NCBI GenBank assembly: GCA_963708295.1
Contig: CAVPSJ010000004.1
Span: 64,001 to 128,000, forward strand
Direction of reading: 5' to 3'
DNA: 64,000 nt
Source: an uncultured delta proteobacterium
GTDB taxonomy: Bacteria > Desulfobacterota > BSN033 > UBA1163
Shown: positions 1 to 9,650 of the stretch, one piece after another
Numbering within the stretch: position 1 is the stretch's first letter
How the letters are laid out: each line of letters starts with the position of its first letter
Position numbers and translations under genes: made by a program
The notes under the pieces: generated by a model
The model's input: only the letters and a program-made list of their open reading frames with translations
Databases searched by the model: none
What the model was told of the DNA's origin: nothing

Positions 1-523
1 AGTTTATCCCTTTGAGATTGAGATCGCTTACAGGCCCAAGAAGTGGTTCAAAAGATATGAATTTAATTCTTGCTCCGGTTTTGCGCAGATGGTCGATTCT
101 GAAAGCATGCTCTTGATTTTCAACACTGACTCCCATCCAAATGTTGGAACTCCAGGAAAGTTTAGGATTGAGTTCAAGAAGGCGTTCTGATCTTTTCGTC
201 AGAATCTGGAAACGATGCCAGTGGGCCTGTTCCATGATATGAAAGACCCTCTGAATAAATTTAGCTGGGACATCCTCATGGAAAAGATCACTCATCGAAT
301 TCACAAAGATTGATTGCGGTTTCTTCCACATCAGTGGTAGTTCCAGGACTTTCTCTTGTAAAGTAAGTTCAAATCCGTTGGCATAGTTGGGCTGACCCAT
401 CGCCTGAAGCCGTTTGGCCATACGTTCGGCGTAGCAATGGCCGCATCCAGGGCTTATTTTGGTACAACCGGTGACGGGATTCCATGTGGATTCAGTCCAT
501 TCAATTTTAGAAACTGAACTCAT
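1..523 (-). CDS. DUF5131 / phage Gp37Gp68 family protein (radical-SAM-like three-Cys motif), runs off window edge
   Basis: Manual translation from ATG 523: [39 protein letters not shown]...[12 protein letters not shown]...FQILTKR...IWMGVSVE...[10 protein letters not shown], all hallmark DUF5131 motifs; absent from the ORF track. Confidence 0.93.
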   Translation of the reverse strand, partial: MSSVSKIEWTESTWNPVTGCTKISPGCGHCYAERMAKRLQAMGQPNYANGFELTLQEKVLELPLMWKKPQSIFVNSMSDLFHEDVPAKFIQRVFHIMEQAHWHRFQILTKRSERLLELNPKLSWSSNIWMGVSVENQEHAFRIDHLRKTGARIKFISFEPLLGPVSDLNLKGIN

Positions 524-534
524 TAGGCGTAATC

Positions 535-1662
535 CTATTTGTGGGCGCGAATTCGTGCACCGCTTACAACAGTGTTCTTCCTTTGCCCGGGCTGCCGTTT
601 AATTGACACTTTGCTGTCATGCTCTAATTCGACTAATGCTTCTTTTATGGTTTTGGCTACACCAGTGGTGTTAGCATATGCCCAATTCTCTATGTCATCG
701 TAATCTACCCAACCCTTCGCGTTCCGGCATAGCTCTTCGATTCGGTCACGTAGCGTAACCTTGTCTGGATTCTCAAAGAGGCTCATCTGCTCGGAAACCA
801 GCCCAATGGCTTCGAACCGATAGGGCGCGTCACTGACTTTTGCCATATTGTTCTTCATGGTCTTGAGTGCCCGAATGTCCTTCGAACCATGAATGAGATA
901 GTACCGGGGGCGTGTTCCCTGACTAGGTGTGTTAACCCTAAAAGGCATCGCATACTGAGCACCAGCGTTCAAAAGACAAGAGGAGTAAAGGTTGACAAAG
1001 AATGCGTACTTCTGTCCTGGCGTAGTACATTGAGCGACTTTTTTGAAGTCATCGGTCCCAAAGAGGGCCATCATACCCTCTTCATATTGTTCCTGTTCAC
1101 AAAACCTTACGATATCGTAGACCATAAAATTGACGAAAAGCTCAGTGCGCGGATAGGTCAATAAACGTTCTAAAGTCTTCATCGGGTACCCGCTGTACCC
1201 GAATGGGTCAATGAAAAAGAATAACGGTTGGTATCGCAAATCTGTCTGGTCGAATAAGTCGAGTACTTCGTTGACTTTGTCATCGAATTCACCATTGTGT
1301 ACCTGCCAATCCTGGTTGTGTCTATTGAGTTTGTCTAACTTCTTTTTCAACATCTCGGTGCACTGGGCATCTTTGTCGACGCAGTGCATTATGACCGACC
1401 GCTTCGGGTCTTCGTCGAGATATTTGTTCGCAACTTCTGCAACTAACAAGGGAGACCCAGAGCACTCATCCGTCTTAGACTCATCGTTGTAGTATATTCC
1501 CGGGCCGCAAAAACCGTCAAAGTAAACCACCTTCTGCTCTCTTCCCCGTTTGGTTTGGACTGCGAAGAATATTGCCATCCAAGGGTCAATGTACTTTGTG
1601 AGTAATGCGTGTTTGATCCGAGTATGTTCATCAATTACCCAAGGTATCTCAACAAGAGTCAT
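535..1662 (-). CDS. tcmP: Three-Cys-motif partner protein (TcmP; methyltransferase-like fold plus C-terminal wHTH)
   Basis: [34 protein letters not shown] and YYLIHGS motifs; directly upstream of DUF5131; likely start MTLVEIPW at 1662. Confidence 0.88.
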   Translation of the reverse strand: MTLVEIPWVIDEHTRIKHALLTKYIDPWMAIFFAVQTKRGREQKVVYFDGFCGPGIYYNDESKTDECSGSPLLVAEVANKYLDEDPKRSVIMHCVDKDAQCTEMLKKKLDKLNRHNQDWQVHNGEFDDKVNEVLDLFDQTDLRYQPLFFFIDPFGYSGYPMKTLERLLTYPRTELFVNFMVYDIVRFCEQEQYEEGMMALFGTDDFKKVAQCTTPGQKYAFFVNLYSSCLLNAGAQYAMPFRVNTPSQGTRPRYYLIHGSKDIRALKTMKNNMAKVSDAPYRFEAIGLVSEQMSLFENPDKVTLRDRIEELCRNAKGWVDYDDIENWAYANTTGVAKTIKEALVELEHDSKVSIKRQPGQRKNTVVSGARIRAHK

Positions 1663-1772
1663 GATATGGACCTGCCTATGGGTGAATACTTGTTCGAGAG
1701 AGGTTTCAAATATACATCTTGATGCACAAAATATCATGACTGGTAAATATGTCAATTGTTTTTACGGGTAAT

Positions 1773-1817
1773 GAGATTGCCACGTCGTCCCGCCAAAGCG
1801 GGACTCCTCGCAATGAC
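1773..1817. repeat. REP-like palindromic element (GATTGCCACG...CCTCGCAATGAC) with nested hairpin TCCCGCCAAAGCGGGA
   Basis: Inverted-repeat structure seen between tcmP and the polymerase gene. Confidence 0.6.
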
Positions 1818-1835
1818 AATGCAATATTCCCCTCT

Positions 1836-4251
1836 TTAGAAAAATAATGGAAATCTTTTCACTCGAACCCTTGAATCCCTGCCTACGGCAGGCGGGCCAG
1901 GCTCCTCGAACTCTTTTAATTCTTTTCTTAAGCGTTTCGCATTATACCCCAGGTGAATCAATATCTCTTCGGTTGCTTTCACGAGGAGATCCAGGTATTT
2001 TTTGACATCGTAGGTGTCGTCCGGCCCGACTAACGGAAATGGCCTGACCCGCTCCGCCTTATCTTTTGCTTCGGCATCTTTGATCACATACCTCACCTTT
2101 TCTCCGGGATGGATCAGAATTCCGACATCCTCGAGCTCCTGAGCGGCAAGAGCAGTCAGGCTATCTACCTTGTAGGCACTGGGCTCCTGAGAGATCCTCT
2201 TGCCGATGGCCAGATCCTCGTTTTTTGCCTGTCCGTCCTTTAACATCAGGCTATATTCGAGGAGAAGGTCTAAAATTTTTGGAATCTTCGCCCGATAATC
2301 ATCTCTATTCTTCGTCTCTGCCAGAATCTCAAGCATTCGAAGCTGAGCTTCCTGAATCAAAGGAGGCGTGTCACTTCGTCGAAATGCCAATCCTCGCGCC
2401 TTGATCTTTCCGTTTTGAAAGAGTCCGAAATAACGGTTGGCCACGGGACTCTCCGGATTCCCTTTGGAGGGAAGGAAGGCCATCCATCGATAAATTCCCT
2501 CCAGACTCATCGTGATCCCGGTGGCATCGCTGATCTTCTGACAGAGTTCAAGGACCTCTTCCTCTCTGAGCCCTTTCTTACGAATCCAGAGGGAATCGGT
2601 AATGGCATGGAGGAGTTCGAACCCTTCCTCCTCGCAGATCTCCTTGGCTTGAAGAAGGCTTTCCCTTCCAAAGGCAGTGACCGCCTCATGGGCTTCGATT
2701 CTCCCGAAGCGGGCATTCCGATAACCCAGATATCCAAAGCATGTCACGAGCATCCACTTGAGTGCTGTCTGCTTCCGGTTGTAAATTTCTCTTCTCTTTT
2801 CGCTAAGGGAATCGATTCCAAATCCCCCCAACCCCCTTTTGCTAAAGGGGGGAGGGGGGATTATTTCCACATTCCGCATTCCGCATTTCGCATTCTTCTT
2901 TGCCTGCTGCCTTCTGCTTTGTGCCTACTCCTTCTTTCGCCATTTTCTTCAACCAAGCCCTTCTTGCTAAGATGGGCCTGAGTGTCTTGGGAACAATCCC
3001 CTCTCTCTTCTCACAGATGGTATAACCCGTTTCCGGGACCCGATCGTTTTCACAACATCCACAAAGTACGGTCTCCGGAGAAATATTGTGAATCGCCATC
3101 ATGGTGGGATACATCGAGGCGAAGTCAATCTCCGCCACCTCTTCAAAGATCCCCAGCTTAGGTTGAAAGACAAGCCCCCCCTTGTCTCCAACCAGCAGAT
3201 CCCACGCCGTCTTGAATCTTTCCGGCTCTCCCTTTCTCCAGGGAATGAGAATGTCCTCCTGGAAGGCCCGGTCGAGTTGCATCGAGGTGATCGCTGTTCC
3301 CGGAGAGGTCCGGGCCATTCGTTGAACTGGAATTTTAGATAATCGCGCCAGCTCGATCACTCCTTCCATTCCCGATTCTCCATAGATGAAAGAGTTTCTA
3401 CGATCGATGTGCCACCTTCCAAGGAAGAGATGGGCAGGGGCCCGATAATAGGTCCGGCCATAGGAGAAATAAGAAAAACCTTTCGGATGAACCTGTCTTT
3501 TCACAGGATGAGGCTCCCGATCCCAGGGGATGGAGATTTTCCACCTTGTCTCTCCAGAAAAGAGAAGGGGCAAAAGAGAGGCATCCCCCTCATCGCTCAA
3601 GATCACATCCGGATCGAAATGTCTGAGAAATTTATCGACTTCTCCGACATCGATCGTCTCCGTCTCCACATGATACCCTTCACATTCCAGTAGGAGCCCT
3701 GAACCAGTACGGTTCAGGGTCTGTCCACCGGGAGGCATGGAGTTCCCAGAGATAGAAAGTTCCATGACCCGAAGGTCAAAAATATCTTCATTGTCTACCC
3801 AGACAGACTCGGATGGGTCAGGATGAATTTCGAAGACCCGATTTCCTTCAACCTCCACAAGACACCGCCCTGTTGGAAAAATTTCTCTCTCATAAAGATA
3901 CGTCTGGGGCAAAGGGATGTCACAATTGTAGAAGGTCATTTTCTCTTCCCAGGGAGGGAGAATTCTGGGAAGTTGGGCATAACGCTCCGAATCAACAACC
4001 TCGATCTCGATCACCTCCACTTCATCACCACTCCAGAACTCCTTCTTTCGGGTCCACTGGTAGCCTGCTGCCCGCTGGCCTCTCTGCAGAGAGTGGAAGA
4101 GATCGAGAAGATCACTTTTCTTTCCCTGTGCATAGAATCGGGGCCGGAAAGGATCTTCCAATCGACGAAGTCTCCCATCCTCTTCCTTGATCCACAGGAT
4201 CATCGAGGATTCCAAAGGATAAAGATCGAAGAGACGCCCGCTGATTTGCAT
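1836..4251 (-). CDS. polB: Family B DNA polymerase, PolB2-like (one gene, frameshifted near 2850-2880 inside a repeat insertion)
   Basis: Motif A DFASMYP, motif B KWMLVTCFGYLG, motif C HAITDSLW (YGDTDS variant typical of PolB2), RRSDTP; ORFs 2842-4503 and 1836-2879 join at a C-homopolymer tract; likely start MQISGRLFDLYP at 4251. Confidence 0.9.
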
Positions 4252-4339
4252 GGGTTTACCTAACTGCTCTGCATTTGCCGACGATGGTTCACCTGTCTGC
4301 TGCAGGCGGACACGAACGATAAGGTTACAATCATTACCC

Positions 4340-4500
4340 TCCCCCTGGAGGCTGGGTCGCAATATGAAAAGATGCTTTTCAAAAAAAGGGAGAGGCGGCG
4401 GGTTGAGAAGATGTAGAGAATTGTTCCATTGTGACACAGTCTCTTGACGGGGGAGGGTAAGGGTGGGGGTGCCCAAGAGGTATTTAGAGTCCCCTCCCCT
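4340..4500. repeat. Cluster of degenerate CCCTCCCCC...GGGGGAGGG palindromic repeats
   Basis: ccctccccctggagg, gggggagggtaagggtgggggtg and related hairpin halves between the small gene and the polB start. Confidence 0.5.
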
Positions 4501-4778
4501 CAAGAGAGAGTCTGCTCCTTTTGCTCCTCCAGGATTTTCAGTTTCGACCTCAACTCAACCAGGGCCTTTTCATGCTCGAGGAGAATAGAGACCAGTATCG
4601 TTTCAAAAGGCCAGGGCCTTGAAGCATAGACCCCGGCTTGTACATGAAGCCTTGCCGTTTCGAAGAGCCGGTCGAGGAACTGCTGATCTTCTTTCCTCAG
4701 ACCTCTCCGAAACTTCCTCCACTCCTGGGCTTCCTGCTCCAGAACCCTGCTAAAAGGAAGAACCGTCCTGCCCATCAC
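4500..4778 (-). CDS. Small helical PolB2-associated protein (arCOG07300-like)
   Basis: MGRTVLPF...EWRKFRRGLRKEDQQFLDRLF...ASRPWPFETILVSILLEHEK resembles the small protein encoded next to archaeal PolB2 genes. Confidence 0.75.
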   Translation of the reverse strand: MMGRTVLPFSRVLEQEAQEWRKFRRGLRKEDQQFLDRLFETARLHVQAGVYASRPWPFETILVSILLEHEKALVELRSKLKILEEQKEQTLS

Positions 4779-4937
4779 TCGTACTCCGTGTCCGTGCCTG
4801 CACGCCGAAGTGCAGCGTTTCGGGTCCGCTCACTCATCAATCTCAAAACCGCTGGACATTGCTCAAAGCGCATAGCGAAATTCATTCAGTGCTTATCTAA
4901 CGTGTTCGCCCCCAGTAAATGGGGTGCTACAGATTTT

Positions 4938-5657
4938 TCAATCTGCGATTTGCGATCTTGCAATCTGCAATTCTGCTACTTCTTTTATCAAAATCATTTT
5001 GGGCCCCTCCTCATCCAAATCAATCCTCCAAGCTTCGTTAGAAAACTGGAAGAGCCTCCGGGTGAGATAGACTCGTTTCGAATCCCTGAATCCCCCCATC
5101 CTCCGTTTAGAAAAAGGAGGAAAGAGAGAATTTTCAGAGAAGATAGAGGACTGGAATAGAAAAAAAGGAACTCCTCCCGAGGCTATTCCTTCTATCTTTC
5201 TCAGAGCTCTCTCAAAGAGAGGGCGAACCTCTCTCTCCGGCACATCTTCATCCAGAAAGGTGGTGAGCGGCCCCAGAAGGATCACCCATGGTTTTTGTAG
5301 GGGCGATTCATGAATCGCTCCTACCGTCCTGGCATGGATCAGGGAAACCAATCTTTCTCCCATCAGAGTGGCCATCTGGTAGCAGGTAAAGGCTCTTGCG
5401 ATCCGAATGCTTTTGAGAAGCTTCTCCGGAGAAATCAATGTCCTCTTTGCGAAAGACGAGACCGTATAGGCGTTAAAACGATTGGCTCCGTCTAATACGA
5501 TCACCTCGATCCCTTTCCCCGCCATCCATCCCGCTACATAAGAAGAAATCTCTCCCGCATCTTCCCCCCAAAAAAGAACTTTTCGGGGAGTAGAAGATTG
5601 AACTTGTGATAAGACTTCATCGAGGGTGAGGGATGGAGTTCGGAGTTTAGAATCCAT
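4938..5657 (-). CDS. Inactivated RadA/RecA-like ATPase-fold protein
   Basis: VIVLDGANRFNAY...IRIARAFTCYQ...TTFLDEDV RadA-like motifs with no intact Walker A; sits between lexA and polB. Confidence 0.75.
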   Translation of the reverse strand: MDSKLRTPSLTLDEVLSQVQSSTPRKVLFWGEDAGEISSYVAGWMAGKGIEVIVLDGANRFNAYTVSSFAKRTLISPEKLLKSIRIARAFTCYQMATLMGERLVSLIHARTVGAIHESPLQKPWVILLGPLTTFLDEDVPEREVRPLFERALRKIEGIASGGVPFFLFQSSIFSENSLFPPFSKRRMGGFRDSKRVYLTRRLFQFSNEAWRIDLDEEGPKMILIKEVAELQIARSQIAD

Positions 5658-5703
5658 ATCTTTCAGTCCGGAGTTCGGAGTTTCGCTTCCGCATCGTTCG
5701 GAG

Positions 5704-5883
5704 TTAGGTTTTTGGAGTATCCTTCTCTGATCCTTTTAGGGATTTCATCAATCCATTGACCATTTTCGATCGTTCGACACAGAATCTTCTTGATCGCTGT
5801 TCGAATCTATCGTCGATAACTCTTTGCCTACATGAAATTTCTGTAATAGAAACACATTCTCTTATAGATCTTCTTGCAGTCCA
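5704..5883 (-). pseudogene. C-terminal remnant of a four-helix-bundle protein (23S rRNA IVS protein-like) flanked by heptamer repeats
   Basis: Translation WTARRSIRECVSITEISCRQRVID...CVERSKMVNGLMKSLK resembles the family C-terminus; no start codon; ACTCCGA-type repeats on both sides in opposite orientation. Confidence 0.6.
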
Positions 5884-5900
5884 TCACTCCGAACTATTAT

Positions 5901-6569
5901 TTAAACTTTCCTGAACATCCCGATGACCTTTCCAAGAATTTGAACTTCCCCTGATCCCTCCTTAATCTGAATCGTCCCCCAGCGCTCATTGTCCGGCTTC
6001 AACTCGACCTCCCCTCCTTTTTTAAAAAACCGCTTCACCGTTGCCTCTTCTCCCATCAGGGTCACCACCACATCCCCATTTTCTGCCGAAGGTTGGACCC
6101 GAACGACGACATAATCATCGGGCAGAATATAAGGGGACATACTGTCACCTTTCACTTTCAGAAGGAAGATCTCTTTTCCTTTCACCCATTCCGTGGGAAG
6201 GGGAATCGTCCCTTCCACATGTTCTACGGCCAACGTGGGCTTTCCTGCGGCGACCCTGCCTAAGATTGGAATCTCCCGGCTCAACGCCCTCCCCTCTTTT
6301 TTTAGAGGTCCCCCATACGGTCCAGCCCCCAGGGATGAACCATGCGATTCATGCTCCTGAAAGATGAGTATCTCGAGGCCTCTGGACATCGAACCCCTCC
6401 GTTTCAAATAACCTTTTTTTTCCAATGCCTTGAGATGGTCGAAAACCGCTCTCGGATAAATATTGAAGTGCTCGCCGATCTCTCTTACAGAAGGGGGGTA
6501 GCCTCTTTCTTTGATAAATATCCTGACGAAGTCGAATATCTCTTTTTGCCGAGATGTCAGTTCCATCAT
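5901..6569 (-). CDS. lexA: SOS repressor LexA
   Basis: LTSRQKEIF...GYPPSVREIG wHTH, VAAG cleavage site, GDSM Ser and TVKR Lys catalytic dyad. Confidence 0.96.
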   Translation of the reverse strand: MMELTSRQKEIFDFVRIFIKERGYPPSVREIGEHFNIYPRAVFDHLKALEKKGYLKRRGSMSRGLEILIFQEHESHGSSLGAGPYGGPLKKEGRALSREIPILGRVAAGKPTLAVEHVEGTIPLPTEWVKGKEIFLLKVKGDSMSPYILPDDYVVVRVQPSAENGDVVVTLMGEEATVKRFFKKGGEVELKPDNERWGTIQIKEGSGEVQILGKVIGMFRKV

Positions 6570-6689
6570 TCCCCTCTTGAATCTAGGATTGTAAATTGGA
6601 TCAGTTCCCAATGTGGATCATTCGATTTGTGGATTAGTCCGAGACGGGCGCTTCGCCGATATTCTGAGTTTCGAATTTTTCGTGTTTTA

Positions 6690-6718
6690 ACGATACTATA
6701 CATTTGTTTAGCTGTCAA
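6690..6718 (-). promoter_or_regulatory. Sigma70 promoter of the lexA cassette with a candidate LexA operator in the spacer
   Basis: Minus strand TTGACA-17 nt-TATCGT; the spacer contains the near-palindrome CTAAAC-AAAT-GTATAG (6696-6711). Confidence 0.7.
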
Positions 6719-6832
6719 GGGAATTCTAGGAGGTCTCTGGAAGAAACATTGGTTTCTGGGAAACGGAGTGCTATTGTATTTCATTCAATCTATAAGTTAA
6801 AATTAACTATTTGACGAAAAAAGAATTCACTC

Positions 6833-7486
6833 ATGTGGGAGCGCTTTAAGGAAGATATTCGAACCATTAAAGAGAGAGATCCTGCGGCAAGAAACCTCGT
6901 AGAGATTTTTCTCTGCTACCCGGGTCTCCATGCAATCTGGCTCCACCGCGTCGCCCATTTTCTGTACGAAGAAGGCTGGTATACAACGGCTCGCCTCGTC
7001 TCCCACTTCAATCGAGGGTTTACAGGAATCGAGATTCATCCCGGGGCCAGGATCGGCAGACGGCTCTTTATCGACCACGGAATGGGGGTGGTCATCGGAG
7101 AGACAAGCGAGATCGGCGATGACTGCCTCATCTACAAAGGCGTGGTGCTGGGCGGTACCACCCTCGAAAGGAAGAAACGACATCCCACCCTGGGGAACCG
7201 TGTCATTATTGGTTCTAACTCCACTGTCTTAGGAGCCATCATCATTGGCGACGGTGCGAGAATTGGCTCCGGCTCCGTGGTGGTTAAACCCGTTCCAGCC
7301 GGTGCGACCGTCGTCGGTGTCCCGGGCCGCATTGTGGAATCCTTGACTCCGGAAAAAGACGAACTCGATTTCGAACATGGAAATCTCCCGGACCCGTTGT
7401 CTGATCTTATGAAGATGCTTCTTCAGCTTCACAGTAGATTAGAAGAGAGAGTCAAGCGATTGGAGAACCAGGAGAACGAACATTAA
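6833..7486 (+). CDS. cysE: Serine O-acetyltransferase
   Basis: RDPAA, YPGLHA, GIEIHPGA, FIDHGMGVVIGET, KRHPTLG, HGNLPDP motifs. Confidence 0.96.
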   Translation: MWERFKEDIRTIKERDPAARNLVEIFLCYPGLHAIWLHRVAHFLYEEGWYTTARLVSHFNRGFTGIEIHPGARIGRRLFIDHGMGVVIGETSEIGDDCLIYKGVVLGGTTLERKKRHPTLGNRVIIGSNSTVLGAIIIGDGARIGSGSVVVKPVPAGATVVGVPGRIVESLTPEKDELDFEHGNLPDPLSDLMKMLLQLHSRLEERVKRLENQENEH

Positions 7487-7561
7487 ACAAATCAAGGTCA
7501 AGGTGGAAGCTTGGGTTAAGATTTGAAGTATTCTCCGATTCAACTTTGTTAGGCATGAAAC

Positions 7562-7987
7562 ATGGCAAAATATCCAAAAGTTTTGATGGAACATTTTCAA
7601 AATCCAAGAAATGTGGGTGAGATTTCTGATCCGGACGGTATCGGCACTGTCGGAAATGCCTCTTGCGGGGACATCATGCAGATGTTCATCAAAGTGAATG
7701 GCGACAAGATTATCGAGGCAAAGTTCAAGACTTTCGGCTGCGGGGCTGCCATTGCCACCAGTTCTATTCTCACAGAGCGGATCAAGGGGGCCACGCTGGA
7801 CGAGGCCTTGACGATCTCGGAGGAGACTTCTACGGAGGTCCTCTCCCAATTGCCTAAAGAAAAAGTTCCCTGCTTCACCCTGGCCACGGATGCTTTAAAA
7901 TTGGCGATCGAGGAATGCCGATGCAAGCGGACCGGGATTCATGAAAAGGGTGGGTTTGATATGAAGGAGATGGAGAAGGAATCATAA
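7562..7987 (+). CDS. iscU: Fe-S cluster scaffold IscU/NifU-N family
   Basis: HFQNPRNVG, GNASCGD, FKTFGCGAAIA, KVPC. Confidence 0.9.
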   Translation: MAKYPKVLMEHFQNPRNVGEISDPDGIGTVGNASCGDIMQMFIKVNGDKIIEAKFKTFGCGAAIATSSILTERIKGATLDEALTISEETSTEVLSQLPKEKVPCFTLATDALKLAIEECRCKRTGIHEKGGFDMKEMEKES

Positions 7988-7997
7988 GGATGATTTC

Positions 7998-8906
7998 ATG
8001 ATAAAAGAAGAAAAGGTCGTTTTTCTCAAGAATCCAAACCATGTCCTGGAACAAGTGATTAAGAACTTCATCCATGAAGCGCAATCGAATCAACGAACTC
8101 AGCTGGACGACGGAACTTACTGGGAAGAACCCTTGGTCGGATTTGCTTCAGGCATTGCACCCCTCTTCTTCGAATACAAAACACTCATCGGCCCCTTTCA
8201 CCTGACCCCTAGGGAGATTATTTCAGCAGCCCTGAAGGAGAGGGGGAGAAGTCTTCTCTTTACTGAGATTGAGCAGATTAGTGTTATTTCATGGGCTCTC
8301 CCCGCCTCAGAAGATATTCGCAAGAGCAACCGTCAGGAAAAACAATTTCCGTCCAAACTCTGGGCCTACGGCAGGACGTTTGGCGAAGCCTGTAATATCG
8401 CTCTCAGGAACCAGGTTGTAACCTTTCTGGAGGACTTAGGACATCCTGCCGTGGCACCCACGCTTTCCCCGGCGTTTCAGCATATCAGGGATGAGAAGGT
8501 GGGCTGGGCTTCTCCCTGGTCTGAACGCCACATCGCCTATGCCTGCGGTCTCGGAACCTTCAGCCTCAATGATGGTCTCATCACTCCTAAAGGAATGGCT
8601 GTTCGATTCGGCAGCGTCGTCACTCTGCTGAAGTTGACACCAAGCGAGATGAAATATCGTCACCATAGAGAAAATTGTCTTCAGTTTCGAAACGAAAAAT
8701 GTGGAAAGTGCATTCCGAGATGTCCGGCCGGCGCGATATCGGAAAAGGGACATGATAAGGATAAGTGTAAGGAATATGTCGATTCGGAGGTTTTGCAAAA
8801 GAAACGGATCGAATATGGGTTACAAAACCCTCCCCCTTCCTGTGGCCTCTGTCAAACCGACGTCCCCTGTGAATTTCAGATCCCAAGACCAAACCTGATC
8901 GCCTAG
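7998..8906 (+). CDS. QueG-like (epoxyqueuosine reductase family) 4Fe-4S protein
   Basis: WSERHIAYACGLGTF, CGKCIPRCP and CGLCQTDVPC motifs. Confidence 0.75.
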   Translation: MIKEEKVVFLKNPNHVLEQVIKNFIHEAQSNQRTQLDDGTYWEEPLVGFASGIAPLFFEYKTLIGPFHLTPREIISAALKERGRSLLFTEIEQISVISWALPASEDIRKSNRQEKQFPSKLWAYGRTFGEACNIALRNQVVTFLEDLGHPAVAPTLSPAFQHIRDEKVGWASPWSERHIAYACGLGTFSLNDGLITPKGMAVRFGSVVTLLKLTPSEMKYRHHRENCLQFRNEKCGKCIPRCPAGAISEKGHDKDKCKEYVDSEVLQKKRIEYGLQNPPPSCGLCQTDVPCEFQIPRPNLIA

Positions 8907-9239
8907 AAACCATCTTCATCCGTAAATCACGTAAATCATCAATTCACTACCCTCACCCACACGCTCTTTCGGTAGACGGCGTTGTCGTCGAACGGGGTTG
9001 GCAAAAACGGAGCAAACAGCCGAATTCCAGAGCTTTAGAATGCGCACGGTTAAGGTTAGAGGCTATTCTCCTTGCCACATGAAAGTCTATTCTTTCAGGG
9101 TATGAAGTCCCTGAGTCTTACGGTCCAAAGGTTGCGCTCTAAAGCTTTTTCATCCGTCTGTCTGTTCCGTTTCTCCAGGATTTCTGCCGCTATCCCTGTT
9201 GCGACGCAGCCACTTGTAGGAAGAGGAAAAGAAAAAGAG

Positions 9240-9287
9240 TTGACAAAACTTGCATTGTGGATTATATGATTAATGAATCATATAATC
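9240..9287 (+). promoter_or_regulatory. Promoter and ArsR-type operator
   Basis: TTGACA at 9240; perfect 12-4-12 inverted repeat GATTATATGATT-AATG-AATCATATAATC (9260-9287) overlapping the -10 region just upstream of arsR. Confidence 0.8.
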
Positions 9288-9299
9288 ATGGAGGGATTT

Positions 9300-9617
9300 A
9301 TGGAAGAAAGGGTTTTGGAATTGAAGGCTGAGATCTTGAAGGCCCTGGCCCAACCCACCCGCTTGAAGATCCTGGAATTGCTCCGGAACGGAGAAAGATG
9401 TATCTGTGAAATCGTCCCGGCCATTAACGGGGAACAATCCAACATCTCCCGGCATATTTCCTTGATGCAGAAAAGCCATCTGGTTACCACCCGAAAGGAC
9501 GGCGTAAAGGTGATGGTGAAAGTGAGGGACCCGAAGATCTTTGATATCCTGGATAGGGTAAACAGTATTTTAAGAAGCCAGATGAATGAACAGAGCCGAT
9601 TAATTATGGCGATCTAA
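9300..9617 (+). CDS. arsR: ArsR/SmtB family transcriptional repressor
   Basis: LKALAQPTRLKIL...ERCICEI...QSNISRH; RBS GGAGGG before ATG 9300. Confidence 0.9.
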   Translation: MEERVLELKAEILKALAQPTRLKILELLRNGERCICEIVPAINGEQSNISRHISLMQKSHLVTTRKDGVKVMVKVRDPKIFDILDRVNSILRSQMNEQSRLIMAI

Positions 9618-9650
9618 CATCTATCAGCATTCTCTTTAAGGAGCAAAGTT

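Noticed and set aside
1-523. Prophage, suggested by the Gp37Gp68 name
   Set aside because: No structural, terminase or integrase genes nearby; the family is common on chromosomes with tcmP
2842-2879. Naturally split two-subunit PolB or intein
   Set aside because: The break lies in a C-homopolymer inside a repeat insert; no convincing RBS for the second ORF and no intein motifs
8910-9230. Possible gene remnant upstream of arsR
   Set aside because: Short open stretches on the minus strand, but no family recognised
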